Positions 1 through 7,817 are shown, numbered from the stretch's first letter. The stretch is DNA of 20,321 nucleotides from an uncultured archaeon (GCA_964463155.1 CAYXAY010000012.1:1-20321), one strand, 5' to 3'. Notes: generated by a model not told the origin, from the sequence alone. Made by a program: numbers and translations.

Positions 1-1
1 A

Positions 2-235
2 ATAACTATCCGTTCAACAACCACCTTAAAAGCCAAAGCCTATCTTTATGTTGGTTCTGTCATTTCAAACCACCCTAGAGCATTTGAAGGAATAATCAAT
101 TCCAAGAATCTCTCTCAGATAGTTCCAGCAACCATTGCTTGGTATACCAGTTCAACAACGACTGAGAGTTATATTATCTCTTCAAGAAGAAGAGATAACG
201 ACATAATAATTCTTCCTTACAAGATAAAAGAATAA
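2..235 (+). CDS. 3' end (77 codons) of an ORF entering from upstream; Ser/Thr-rich hypothetical protein, function unknown
   Basis: Frame 2 is open from the window edge to TAA at 233-235 (...AWYTSSTTTESYIISSRRRDNDIIILPYKIKE*). It is missing from the ORF track because it has no start inside the window. It shares strand and S/T-rich composition with the two downstream surface-protein genes. No motif recognised. Confidence 0.35.
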   Translation: MTIRSTTTLKAKAYLYVGSVISNHPRAFEGIINSKNLSQIVPATIAWYTSSTTTESYIISSRRRDNDIIILPYKIKE

Positions 236-266
236 GTTGCTATTGAAAGAGAACGCTATCCACCCC

Positions 267-277
267 TTTTTTAAATA
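267..277 (+). promoter_or_regulatory. T6 tract (possible oligo-T terminator for the upstream ORF) overlapping a consensus-like archaeal TATA box TTTAAATA (270-277)
   Basis: ccaccccTTTTTTAAATATTTcg lies about 50 nt upstream of the ATG at 328. A GGGTGTGA Shine-Dalgarno-like element at 314-321 sits 6 nt before the start. TTTAWATA is the archaeal TATA consensus. Called by position only. Confidence 0.35.
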
Positions 278-327
278 TTTCGTAATCATATCATTAGTAA
301 TTAATATTAATATGGGTGTGAATTTTA

Positions 328-1872
328 ATGTTATCAAGAAAAAAAGCGCAAGTTTCTATTGAAGTTTTAGCAGTATTAGGAATACTAGTTATTGGTTCAA
401 TATTGTTTGGTGCATATTATCTTAATAGCATATATAAAAGTCAGAATAAAGCCATTGATTTATCAACAGTAGTTGATGATTTTGAAAAACAACTAAATCC
501 TGATGGTATTGGCAACAACATTAGTCCACTGTTAACTTGTGGAAACGGCAATGTTGATCCTGGAGAAACCTGTGACAATTGTCCACAAGATTTTGACCCT
601 GGATTTTGTGATACAATTATAGGTTTTTTTACAATTACAACATCTTTACTACCAAACATACCGTCACCAACAAACACAGATTTTGGAATTTATGTTTACG
701 GTAATAATCAAACAGGATTAACAGGCGTAGTTATTAAAAAAATAGTAGTAAATACCGGTTCACCACTTGCGGAATCATCAAATTGTAGTTATAACAATCA
801 AGTAATAAATGGAACATTAGATAATCTTACACTTCCATTACCTTGTTCAGGGGCTAATTGTCAAACAACATTAGATAAATTCAAATGCTCAGTTCCTGGA
901 ACTTATAATATTGGAATATATGCCGGAATTAATGGAGATAGTAACTCTTCAAAAAATGATTTTAAATCTATAAATAAAACAATTACTGCAACAACTATCC
1001 TATCTCAACAGTTTTTTGTAGAGATAGTTGAACCAGACCCAAAAAAGGTGTTTACTGTAAATGATTCTATTAATTTTACAGCAGTAACTTCTCCTATAGC
1101 AGACCCTACTGATTTGGAATATTGTTACTGGTATATCGATGAGACGCCTATACAAGCAGAAGGCGAAAGTTCTTGTTCAATACAAAATTTTTCATTTACT
1201 GGCAAAGTAAGTCCTGGTCTTCACAATGTAGTTGTTTATGCAACAAGAGAAAATACAAGAAACGGAACAATTGTTCAAGCCAAGGACTCTATTGAGATAA
1301 TGCTACTACCAACAGTAAATCCCGGCGAATTATTTTTATTAGCAACAGACAATGTGTTTGTTGAAGATTCTTTTGATGTGTTAGTATTTGGTCTTCAACA
1401 AAATCAAACCTGCCTTCCAATAACAAATTCTAATTTTACATTTCAAAATACATCTTGTAGAATAATTTCATCAGGCATTTGTGATACAAGTACAGTATTA
1501 AATAATGGTAGTCAAATATATGTTAATAATTATGTGGCAGTTTGCGATAGACCATCATATAGCCAAACAGGAAACCATGATTTAGTTCCAGTAAATGTAA
1601 CATTACAACCCCCTTATCCTTCTGGGATAACTACCGTAACTCCTGGCAATTTCAAAGTAGGTTATGATTTATTATTTAGATCTGGAAAGTGTAACACATC
1701 TGCAACAAATTATGGATTATTGCAAGCTTGTGCAACTTCAACAGAAGGTTTAAATATTAATCCAGATTATTGGGAAGATATTGGTTACGGTCTATTTAAA
1801 ATATATGTTGATGGGGGGCATTCTACTACCTCTAATGATTACGGAAAATTAACAGTATATGTTTCAGAATAA
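328..1872 (+). CDS. Type IV pilin-like surface protein: class III signal peptide plus large Cys/Asn-rich extracellular region (candidate adhesin)
   Basis: The N-terminus MLSRKKA|QVSIEVLAVLGILVIGSILFGAYYL fits the QxSxE class III signal motif (Pfam Class_IIIsignal/DUF361 type). The mature part has a CGNGNVDPGETCDNCPQDF Cys-rich motif, 16 Cys, about 17 N-x-S/T sequons by manual count, and no further TM segment. An SD-like GGGTGTGA lies upstream. Confidence 0.8.
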   Translation: MLSRKKAQVSIEVLAVLGILVIGSILFGAYYLNSIYKSQNKAIDLSTVVDDFEKQLNPDGIGNNISPLLTCGNGNVDPGETCDNCPQDFDPGFCDTIIGFFTITTSLLPNIPSPTNTDFGIYVYGNNQTGLTGVVIKKIVVNTGSPLAESSNCSYNNQVINGTLDNLTLPLPCSGANCQTTLDKFKCSVPGTYNIGIYAGINGDSNSSKNDFKSINKTITATTILSQQFFVEIVEPDPKKVFTVNDSINFTAVTSPIADPTDLEYCYWYIDETPIQAEGESSCSIQNFSFTGKVSPGLHNVVVYATRENTRNGTIVQAKDSIEIMLLPTVNPGELFLLATDNVFVEDSFDVLVFGLQQNQTCLPITNSNFTFQNTSCRIISSGICDTSTVLNNGSQIYVNNYVAVCDRPSYSQTGNHDLVPVNVTLQPPYPSGITTVTPGNFKVGYDLLFRSGKCNTSATNYGLLQACATSTEGLNINPDYWEDIGYGLFKIYVDGGHSTTSNDYGKLTVYVSE

Positions 1873-1912
1873 AATATTAAAAAAAGGAGAATAAATAAAA
1901 AGGTGAAATAAA

Positions 1913-3784
1913 ATGAAAATATCAAAATTTTGGTTAGTTTTAATAATAGGAATTCTTTGCTTAAATTTAATATTTGCAGGAACCTACAAAAAGAATTACC
2001 GTATAAGTGGCGATTTAGTTATTAGCCCATCACTAGAACGCGCTTGTTCTTCAGGACAAAGTACTTGGACATTAGGAGTACACAATCCAGATCCCTGTAC
2101 AGACAACTTAGCGTGTGGTGGAGGCACAACTTCTGCAATGATGGCAAAAAATTTGTATGATAAATTGTTTTTTGCTTTACCAGTACCAAGTTGTGATTTA
2201 GAAATTTATTCTCCTAATAGCACAACAACCCCAATATTTAAAAACGTAGGATTAAATGCAACAGCAATTAAAAACGGATTAAAAAACGGAATTGTTGTTG
2301 GGCCAATAGAACCAAACTCAACAATAAAAACAATAGATTTTACTGTGAAAATAAAACATCAAGCAACAGGACAATATTTGTTAACAACAACAATAACAGT
2401 ACCTAATCCAAACTTCCATAGTAATGTGATTACTGCAGATTATATGAAAAGTACAGCGGACACAAATGCAGCAGCATGTAATATACACAATCTGAGAAAA
2501 GTAACGATAAAGGATGGCACACTAGTACAATGTAAGCAAAACAATCAAGAATTTTTGTGGGAACAATTTGCAACCAATCAATGGGTATCGCAAATGTTAA
2601 CTTCACAAAACGATGAAATTTTAATCGACGTTCAGAGCATGTTAACTTCAGAAGGCTATATAACTTCAGCCGAAGTTGATACTAAGTTAAGTGAGTTTAG
2701 AATCTCAGACATAGAATATACCCAGTTATCTGAAGATACACGAGAAATAATAGGACAAGTTAGTTCTGATACAATAAACCCACTACCGCAGGTTGTTAGC
2801 GGAAAATATCTAAAGATTTACGATACTGTAAATCAGGTATATTATTATATACCGGTATATCAAACAACAGATTTTGAGTTCTCTGCATGGGGTAATTTGT
2901 GGACTAAATATCCTGACTTTAATAGACTACACGAGAGAATTAGCTCACAAACACGGCCTTATCCTCCAACCGACGAAAACCAGGTTTTTTCTGATTTCTG
3001 GTATTCAGATAAAAACGCGGTATACCACGCACAATTAGATAGACGACATTTATCCACACAGAAATATAGAGCGATAGATTTTAATATAACAAATGGGGGG
3101 GCGGATCAAAATTATGTATTTGAGGTAAAGATATGTAGTGGAAATGACCCTAGTACGGAGGAGACAAATGTTACGGTTAATCCAGTATGGGATTGTGCCC
3201 AACCTATAAATATTAAAGATGAAAACGGAGAAATCAGGACTAATCCGTTTACTTTAAGAACGAATTCAGGAGGAAGAATATCAAGAAGAGTATATGTTAA
3301 ATTAACGCCGAACAAAAAAGCGGCAGCAATATATGCTAATTTAAGTGGATCTCAAACAAAAAAAAGCAGGCAAGTAATGGAAGTAGTGAATTTGTATGAA
3401 CCAATAAACAACATCACATTAAGCAATCCATCCTGTAGGTATACAATTAACCAAGAACCAAATCAGCTTGCAGTTTATAACTATACAGTTACGGGAACCT
3501 TTACATCAACTGGTGGGTCTACAAGCACACCCACCAGTAGTAATATGTTCTTTAACTGGTGTGCAAAAGCATATGTGTGGAATTATGCATCGAATCTATC
3601 AGAACTAAGTGTATTCGGTTGTGATCCTCACCAAACTGACAATGCACAAATTAATCTGATCTCCGGATTTTCCACAGGTAATCTTCAATTACACGCAAGG
3701 GTTGTTGCTACAATAAAAGATAATAGAACTGGCCAAAGATTTGCAAAATCGTTTAAAGTTACTGGATGCATACAAAGTAGCTAA
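1913..3784 (+). CDS. Secreted Cys-containing orphan protein (Sec-type signal peptide, no membrane anchor), function unknown
   Basis: MKISKFWLVLIIGILCLNLIFAG|TYKK has a basic n-region, a hydrophobic core and an A-x-A-like cleavage site. The mature part has 12 Cys, about 10 N-x-S/T sequons and no C-terminal TM. A strong SD AGGTGA at 1901-1906 lies 6 nt before the ATG. Only 40 nt without a T-tract separate it from the pilin-like gene, so co-transcription is likely. Confidence 0.8.
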   Translation: MKISKFWLVLIIGILCLNLIFAGTYKKNYRISGDLVISPSLERACSSGQSTWTLGVHNPDPCTDNLACGGGTTSAMMAKNLYDKLFFALPVPSCDLEIYSPNSTTTPIFKNVGLNATAIKNGLKNGIVVGPIEPNSTIKTIDFTVKIKHQATGQYLLTTTITVPNPNFHSNVITADYMKSTADTNAAACNIHNLRKVTIKDGTLVQCKQNNQEFLWEQFATNQWVSQMLTSQNDEILIDVQSMLTSEGYITSAEVDTKLSEFRISDIEYTQLSEDTREIIGQVSSDTINPLPQVVSGKYLKIYDTVNQVYYYIPVYQTTDFEFSAWGNLWTKYPDFNRLHERISSQTRPYPPTDENQVFSDFWYSDKNAVYHAQLDRRHLSTQKYRAIDFNITNGGADQNYVFEVKICSGNDPSTEETNVTVNPVWDCAQPINIKDENGEIRTNPFTLRTNSGGRISRRVYVKLTPNKKAAAIYANLSGSQTKKSRQVMEVVNLYEPINNITLSNPSCRYTINQEPNQLAVYNYTVTGTFTSTGGSTSTPTSSNMFFNWCAKAYVWNYASNLSELSVFGCDPHQTDNAQINLISGFSTGNLQLHARVVATIKDNRTGQRFAKSFKVTGCIQSS

Positions 3785-3810
3785 CTTTTCTTCTTTTTTC
3801 CTTTCTCTTT
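3785..3810 (+). terminator. Pyrimidine/oligo-T tract directly after the stop of the 623-aa gene; candidate archaeal intrinsic terminator
   Basis: cttttcttcTTTTTTcctttctcttt, with T6 at 3794-3799. A second T6 (3918-3923) is embedded in a hairpin at 3908-3928. Archaeal RNAP terminates at oligo-dT runs. Confidence 0.35.
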
Positions 3811-4006
3811 ATAAACCTTTTGCATCTATAATTATTCTATACTATTATATTCTTTAATACCCTAAGGGCTGATTAGAGAAAAGAACCTTAATTTGATCAA
3901 ATTTTGCCAAACAAAGCTTTTTTGTTTGTCCTTTTGGCTTTTAAACCACAATCTGTAGACTGTTTGTTGGTACCAAAATAAGTGTAAAAATAAACACTAA
4001 CCGACA

Positions 4007-4077
4007 TTTAAATGCAGAAGATAACAGCATAATTTGTCTGTTTCTTTGCTATTTCTACGGATTATAATATTAATATA
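4007..4077 (+). promoter_or_regulatory. Candidate promoter region of the r-protein super-operon (two alternative TATA-like elements)
   Basis: TTTAAATG at 4007-4014 would give a leader of about 75 nt. TTATAATATTAATATA at 4062-4077 would give a short or SD-less leader. The rpl3 start at 4116 lacks the GGTGA SD seen before internal genes, as expected for a first cistron. I cannot choose between the two from sequence alone. Confidence 0.25.
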
Positions 4078-4115
4078 AACATGAAAATGAAATAACACGA
4101 TAAAGCACGATTATT

Positions 4116-5090
4116 ATGGGTGTACAGAATAAACCTAGGTCAGGTTCAATGAGTTTTTATCCAAGAGTAAGAGCAGATAGTATTGTTCCTAAGTTCAATT
4201 CTTTTGGTGGAGTTGAAAAAACAATAAAAGGCTGTAAGCCTCTTTGCTTTTATGCAATAAAAGCAGGAAGTACCTATGTTATGGCAAAGAATGCAAAAAA
4301 AGGTTCTTCTTCCTATGGTCAAGAAATCTCAGTTCCAGTAACTGTGATTGAAACACCTGATTTGAAGGTTGTTGGAGCAAGATTCTACAAGCACAACACG
4401 GTAAATGCTGGTAAAACTGCAAGCTTTGAATTTACTCATCAAGAAACTAATTTTAAAAAAAGAGTAACAGGAAAGAAACAGAAAAAAACTATTTCTCTAG
4501 AAGATGTGCTTAAAAGAAAAGAAGAGGCTGATTCTTTAGTCTTAATAGCAACAATCAATTACAAGGCAACAGGAACAGGCCAAAAAAAGCCAGTAATTGT
4601 AGAAATACCATTAACAGGAACCTATGATGAACAAATAGCTTATCTAAAAGAGAAATTTAATAAGACAATAACGATTGATGAAACATTTAAGGTAGACGAT
4701 TACCTAGATGTTAAAAGCATAACAACAGGTTATGGCACAACAGGCGTTGTTGAAAGATTTAATGTTAAGATACAAAGAAGAAAAGCAAACAAATGTCAAA
4801 GACATGTTGGTGGTATCAACCCATGGCACCCAGCAACAATTATGTACACGGTTGCTAGAGCCGGGCAATATGGTTTTCACAACAGGACAGAGACAAATAA
4901 GAAACTATTAATGATAGATTCTGATACTAACAAGGTTAATAGAAAAGGCGGCTTTAAAAACTATGGATTATTAAAGAACAAATATGTTCTTGTTTCAGGC
5001 TCAACTCCAGGAACAACAAAAAGAGTTGTTGTTATGAGACACACATTTAGGCCACAAAAGCAAAAGTTAGAAATTACAGACATAAGTTAA
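4116..5090 (+). CDS. rpl3: 50S ribosomal protein uL3
   Basis: The N-terminus MGVQNKPRSGSMSFYPRVRA and the block GGINPWHPATIMYTVARAGQYGFHNRTE are typical of archaeal uL3. It heads the conserved L3-L4-L23-L2 order. Confidence 0.95.
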   Translation: MGVQNKPRSGSMSFYPRVRADSIVPKFNSFGGVEKTIKGCKPLCFYAIKAGSTYVMAKNAKKGSSSYGQEISVPVTVIETPDLKVVGARFYKHNTVNAGKTASFEFTHQETNFKKRVTGKKQKKTISLEDVLKRKEEADSLVLIATINYKATGTGQKKPVIVEIPLTGTYDEQIAYLKEKFNKTITIDETFKVDDYLDVKSITTGYGTTGVVERFNVKIQRRKANKCQRHVGGINPWHPATIMYTVARAGQYGFHNRTETNKKLLMIDSDTNKVNRKGGFKNYGLLKNKYVLVSGSTPGTTKRVVVMRHTFRPQKQKLEITDIS

Positions 5091-5124
5091 ATTAACAAGT
5101 AAAGATTAAAGGCATTGATTTACT

Positions 5125-5931
5125 ATGAAAGCAAATATTTATGATCTAGAAGGAAAAGCTATTAAGGAGATAGAAGTGCCAGAGTATTTCGCAGAAGACT
5201 ATAGACCTGACCTTATCAAGAAGGCAGTAATCTCTAGCCAATCAAAGGAATATCAACCAATGGGCGTTTCTCCATACTCTAACAGAAACTATACTTCAAT
5301 CTATATAGGTAGAAGAAAAGAAAATAAGGCAAACATCACAATCAACACAGGAAAAGCAAGACTACCAAGAACAAAAAACAGAAGAGTGTTAATGGCTGGC
5401 AGAGTTATGAGAGTTTCTCAAGCTGTTGGCGGACCAAGAGCTCATCCTCCAAAGGTTACTGAAATATTAGTTAGAAAAATTAACACTAAAGAAAGAACAA
5501 AAGCAATAATTTCTGCTGTTGCAGCAACTGCTCAAAGAAACCTTATTGAAGAAAGAGGCCATATCCTTCCAGAAAAAATAACGCTTCCAATAATCTTTGA
5601 TAACAAGATTGAAACACTAAACAAGACTTCTCAAATCTTTAATGTTCTTGAGAAATTAGGGCTAGATAAAGATGTAATAAAAGCTAAAGAAAAAAAAACA
5701 ATAAGAGCAGGAAAAGGAAAGATGAGAGGAAGAAGATACAAGAAAAGAAAAAGTATCTTGTTTGTTCTTGCAGACAACAAAAACTACAAGGCATTTACTA
5801 ACCTTGAAGGTGCTGATGTTATATCTGCTAGACAATTATCAATTAAACAATTAGCCCCAGGAACACATGCAGGAAGACTAACAATCTACAGTCAAGCTGC
5901 AATTGAGGAGTTAAAGAAGAGATTTGAATGA
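5125..5931 (+). CDS. rpl4: 50S ribosomal protein uL4
   Basis: RAGKGKMRGRRYKKRKS loop, an archaeal uL4 (L1e) feature; position after uL3. Confidence 0.93.
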   Translation: MKANIYDLEGKAIKEIEVPEYFAEDYRPDLIKKAVISSQSKEYQPMGVSPYSNRNYTSIYIGRRKENKANITINTGKARLPRTKNRRVLMAGRVMRVSQAVGGPRAHPPKVTEILVRKINTKERTKAIISAVAATAQRNLIEERGHILPEKITLPIIFDNKIETLNKTSQIFNVLEKLGLDKDVIKAKEKKTIRAGKGKMRGRRYKKRKSILFVLADNKNYKAFTNLEGADVISARQLSIKQLAPGTHAGRLTIYSQAAIEELKKRFE

Positions 5932-5942
5932 TGTGATAGTTT

Positions 5943-6212
5943 ATGAAGAAAATAGAATACTACGAAGTGATTGAATACCCAGTCATTACTGAAAAAACAG
6001 TAAATATGATTTCAACAAACAATAGAGTTACTTTTGTTGTTAATAAGGCTTCAACAAAGGCAGAGATAAAGGGCGCTGTTGAAAAGCTATACCATGTTAA
6101 AGTAAAAACAGTAAATGTTTTGTTTGATAGACAAAATAGAAAAAAGGCATTTGTAACATTAAAGAAAGGATTTAACGCGCAAGATCTAGCTAACAAATTA
6201 GGAATAATCTAA
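5943..6212 (+). CDS. rpl23: 50S ribosomal protein uL23
   Basis: 89 aa with YPVITEKTVNMI ... KKAFVTLKKG; lies between uL4 and uL2; GTGAT SD 5 nt upstream. Confidence 0.93.
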   Translation: MKKIEYYEVIEYPVITEKTVNMISTNNRVTFVVNKASTKAEIKGAVEKLYHVKVKTVNVLFDRQNRKKAFVTLKKGFNAQDLANKLGII

Positions 6213-6223
6213 TGTGATCAAAA

Positions 6224-6928
6224 ATGGGAAGACGTTTAAAGATTCAAAGAAGAGGAAAGGGTGGACCAGTTTATACTGCAACCAACAACGCAAAATACGA
6301 TATTAATTATAGAACAATTAAAGAACTACAGTCAGGACAAGTTCTTGATTTAGTAACAGACCCAATAAGATCTGCTCCGGTTGCTGAAATCCTAATGGCT
6401 GATGGCAAAAAAGAATATGTTATCTGCGCAGAAGGTTTGATAACTGGCCAGAAGTTGGAGTTTGGTCCGGGCGCTCAGAAAAAAACAGGTAATGTTTTAC
6501 CATTAGGAGAAATAGAGCCAGGAACAACAATCTTTAATATTGAAAAAAACTTTGGAGATGGCGGAAAGTTTGTAAGAGCAGGAGGTCAGTCTGCAGTTTT
6601 AGTTAACAAAAAAGAAAAAGCAATAGTAAAACTTCCATCCGGAAAACTAAAGCAATTACCACTTGATGCAAGAGCAACAATAGGTGTTGTTGCTGGTGGT
6701 GGAAGAAAGACCAAACCATTTGTTACGGCTGGTGCAAAATGGAGAGCATTTAAAGCAAAAGGCAAGAAATACCCAAGAGTAAGAGGAGTAGCAATGAACC
6801 CTGTTGACCATCCGTTCGGTGGTTCACAGCATCATGTTGGTCACTCAAAGTCTACTTCAAGACATGCTCCTGCAGGTAGAATGGTTGGTGCAATCGCTTC
6901 AAAGAGAACCGGAAGAAAGAAGAAATGA
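6224..6928 (+). CDS. rpl2: 50S ribosomal protein uL2
   Basis: GGGRKTKPF ... YPRVRGVAMNPVDHPFGG uL2 signature; GTGATC SD upstream. Confidence 0.97.
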   Translation: MGRRLKIQRRGKGGPVYTATNNAKYDINYRTIKELQSGQVLDLVTDPIRSAPVAEILMADGKKEYVICAEGLITGQKLEFGPGAQKKTGNVLPLGEIEPGTTIFNIEKNFGDGGKFVRAGGQSAVLVNKKEKAIVKLPSGKLKQLPLDARATIGVVAGGGRKTKPFVTAGAKWRAFKAKGKKYPRVRGVAMNPVDHPFGGSQHHVGHSKSTSRHAPAGRMVGAIASKRTGRKKK

Positions 6929-6943
6929 TTAAGGTGTTAAACA

Positions 6944-7327
6944 ATGGCAGAAGAATTTAAATACAGAGGAAAAACTCTAGAAGAACTACAAAAGATGTCA
7001 CTTTTGGATTTTGCAAACATCGCTGGAAGTAGAGCTAAGAGACATTTAGTAAGAAACCATAGCGACGCTTTCTATGAAAAAATAGAAAAAAACAAAAAAG
7101 CACACAAGAAAATAAGAACACACAGAAGAGACATCATAATAACACCAAAGATGGTTGGTAAAACCATTTATGTCTACAACGGCAAGGAATTTCTACCTGT
7201 GGAAGTTGCCCCAGAGATGTTGACACATTATCTAGGAGAATTTGCATTTACAAGAAAAAGAATAAGACACGGTAAAGCCGGAATAGGTGCAACAAAGTCA
7301 AGTACTGCTGTTGCTGCAAGAAAGTAA
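6944..7327 (+). CDS. rps19: 30S ribosomal protein uS19
   Basis: IRTHRRDIIITPKMVGKTIYVYNGKEF ... HYLGEFAFTRK, the uS19 signature; conserved position. Confidence 0.95.
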   Translation: MAEEFKYRGKTLEELQKMSLLDFANIAGSRAKRHLVRNHSDAFYEKIEKNKKAHKKIRTHRRDIIITPKMVGKTIYVYNGKEFLPVEVAPEMLTHYLGEFAFTRKRIRHGKAGIGATKSSTAVAARK

Positions 7328-7338
7328 AGTGATAAAGT

Positions 7339-7809
7339 ATGTCAAGTCATAAATACAATTATCAAAAAAAGCTGGATTCAAAGAAATCTGCAAAAGCTTC
7401 AAGGCATAATGCTCCAATCTCTGTTAAATATGCAACAGAGTTTGGTAATTATTTCAGAAACATGCCAGTAAAGAAGGCTTTAAAGATTTTAGTTGACATT
7501 GAGGCAAAAAAAGATTTTTTACCTCTTATTAAGTATGCTAAAAAAGTTCCAGAAAGAAAAGGGCAAAGCAAAAGAGGAACAAAGATTGGAAGATACCCAA
7601 TCAAGTGCGCAAAATATGTAAGATTAATGCTTGAAGAGGCAAAGGCAAATGCTGAGAACAAAAACTTAGACACAGAAAAACTAAAAGTAGAAAGCATGTT
7701 TGCAACAAAAGGAGTAACAAGACAAAAGATTCAGCCAATGGGAAGAATCGGCGGTAAAACAAGAGAATCAAAATCAACAAACATTGAAGTAATAGTGGTG
7801 GAGGCTTAA
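7339..7809 (+). CDS. rpl22: 50S ribosomal protein uL22
   Basis: 156 aa between uS19 and uS3; archaeal uL22-like RYPIKCAKYVRLMLEEAKANAENKNLD; AGTGAT SD. Confidence 0.9.
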   Translation: MSSHKYNYQKKLDSKKSAKASRHNAPISVKYATEFGNYFRNMPVKKALKILVDIEAKKDFLPLIKYAKKVPERKGQSKRGTKIGRYPIKCAKYVRLMLEEAKANAENKNLDTEKLKVESMFATKGVTRQKIQPMGRIGGKTRESKSTNIEVIVVEA

Positions 7810-7817
7810 GATCAAAC

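Noticed and set aside
302-313. Exact 12-mer TAATATTAATAT shared between the upstream regions of the pilin-like gene (302-313) and rpl3 (4065-4076), a possible common regulatory box
   Set aside because: It is pure A/T low-complexity sequence. It lies at different distances from the two start codons (15 vs 40 nt), and the flanks do not match. A chance match is plausible in AT-rich intergenic DNA.
2594-2650. 12-nt direct repeat ATGTTAACTTCA (2594-2605 and 2639-2650) giving MLTS...MLTS 15 residues apart in the 623-aa protein
   Set aside because: It is a single short repeat pair with no further periodicity in the flanking sequence. It is probably a small local duplication or chance, and it does not define a repeat domain.
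3941-4030. 29-codon minus-strand ORF (MLLSSAFKCRLVFIFTLILVPTNSLQIVV*) in the spacer, a possible small hydrophobic peptide
   Set aside because: It has no GGTGA-type SD, unlike nearly every real gene here. ORFs of this length are expected by chance in 331 bp of AT-rich DNA, and its hydrophobicity simply reflects T-rich codons.
4081-4095. Mini-uORF ATGAAAATGAAATAA (MKMK*) 20 nt upstream of the rpl3 start, possibly a leader peptide
   Set aside because: It has only four codons and no SD, and it sits in very AT-rich sequence where ATG...TAA pairs arise by chance. I cannot even place the transcription start relative to it.
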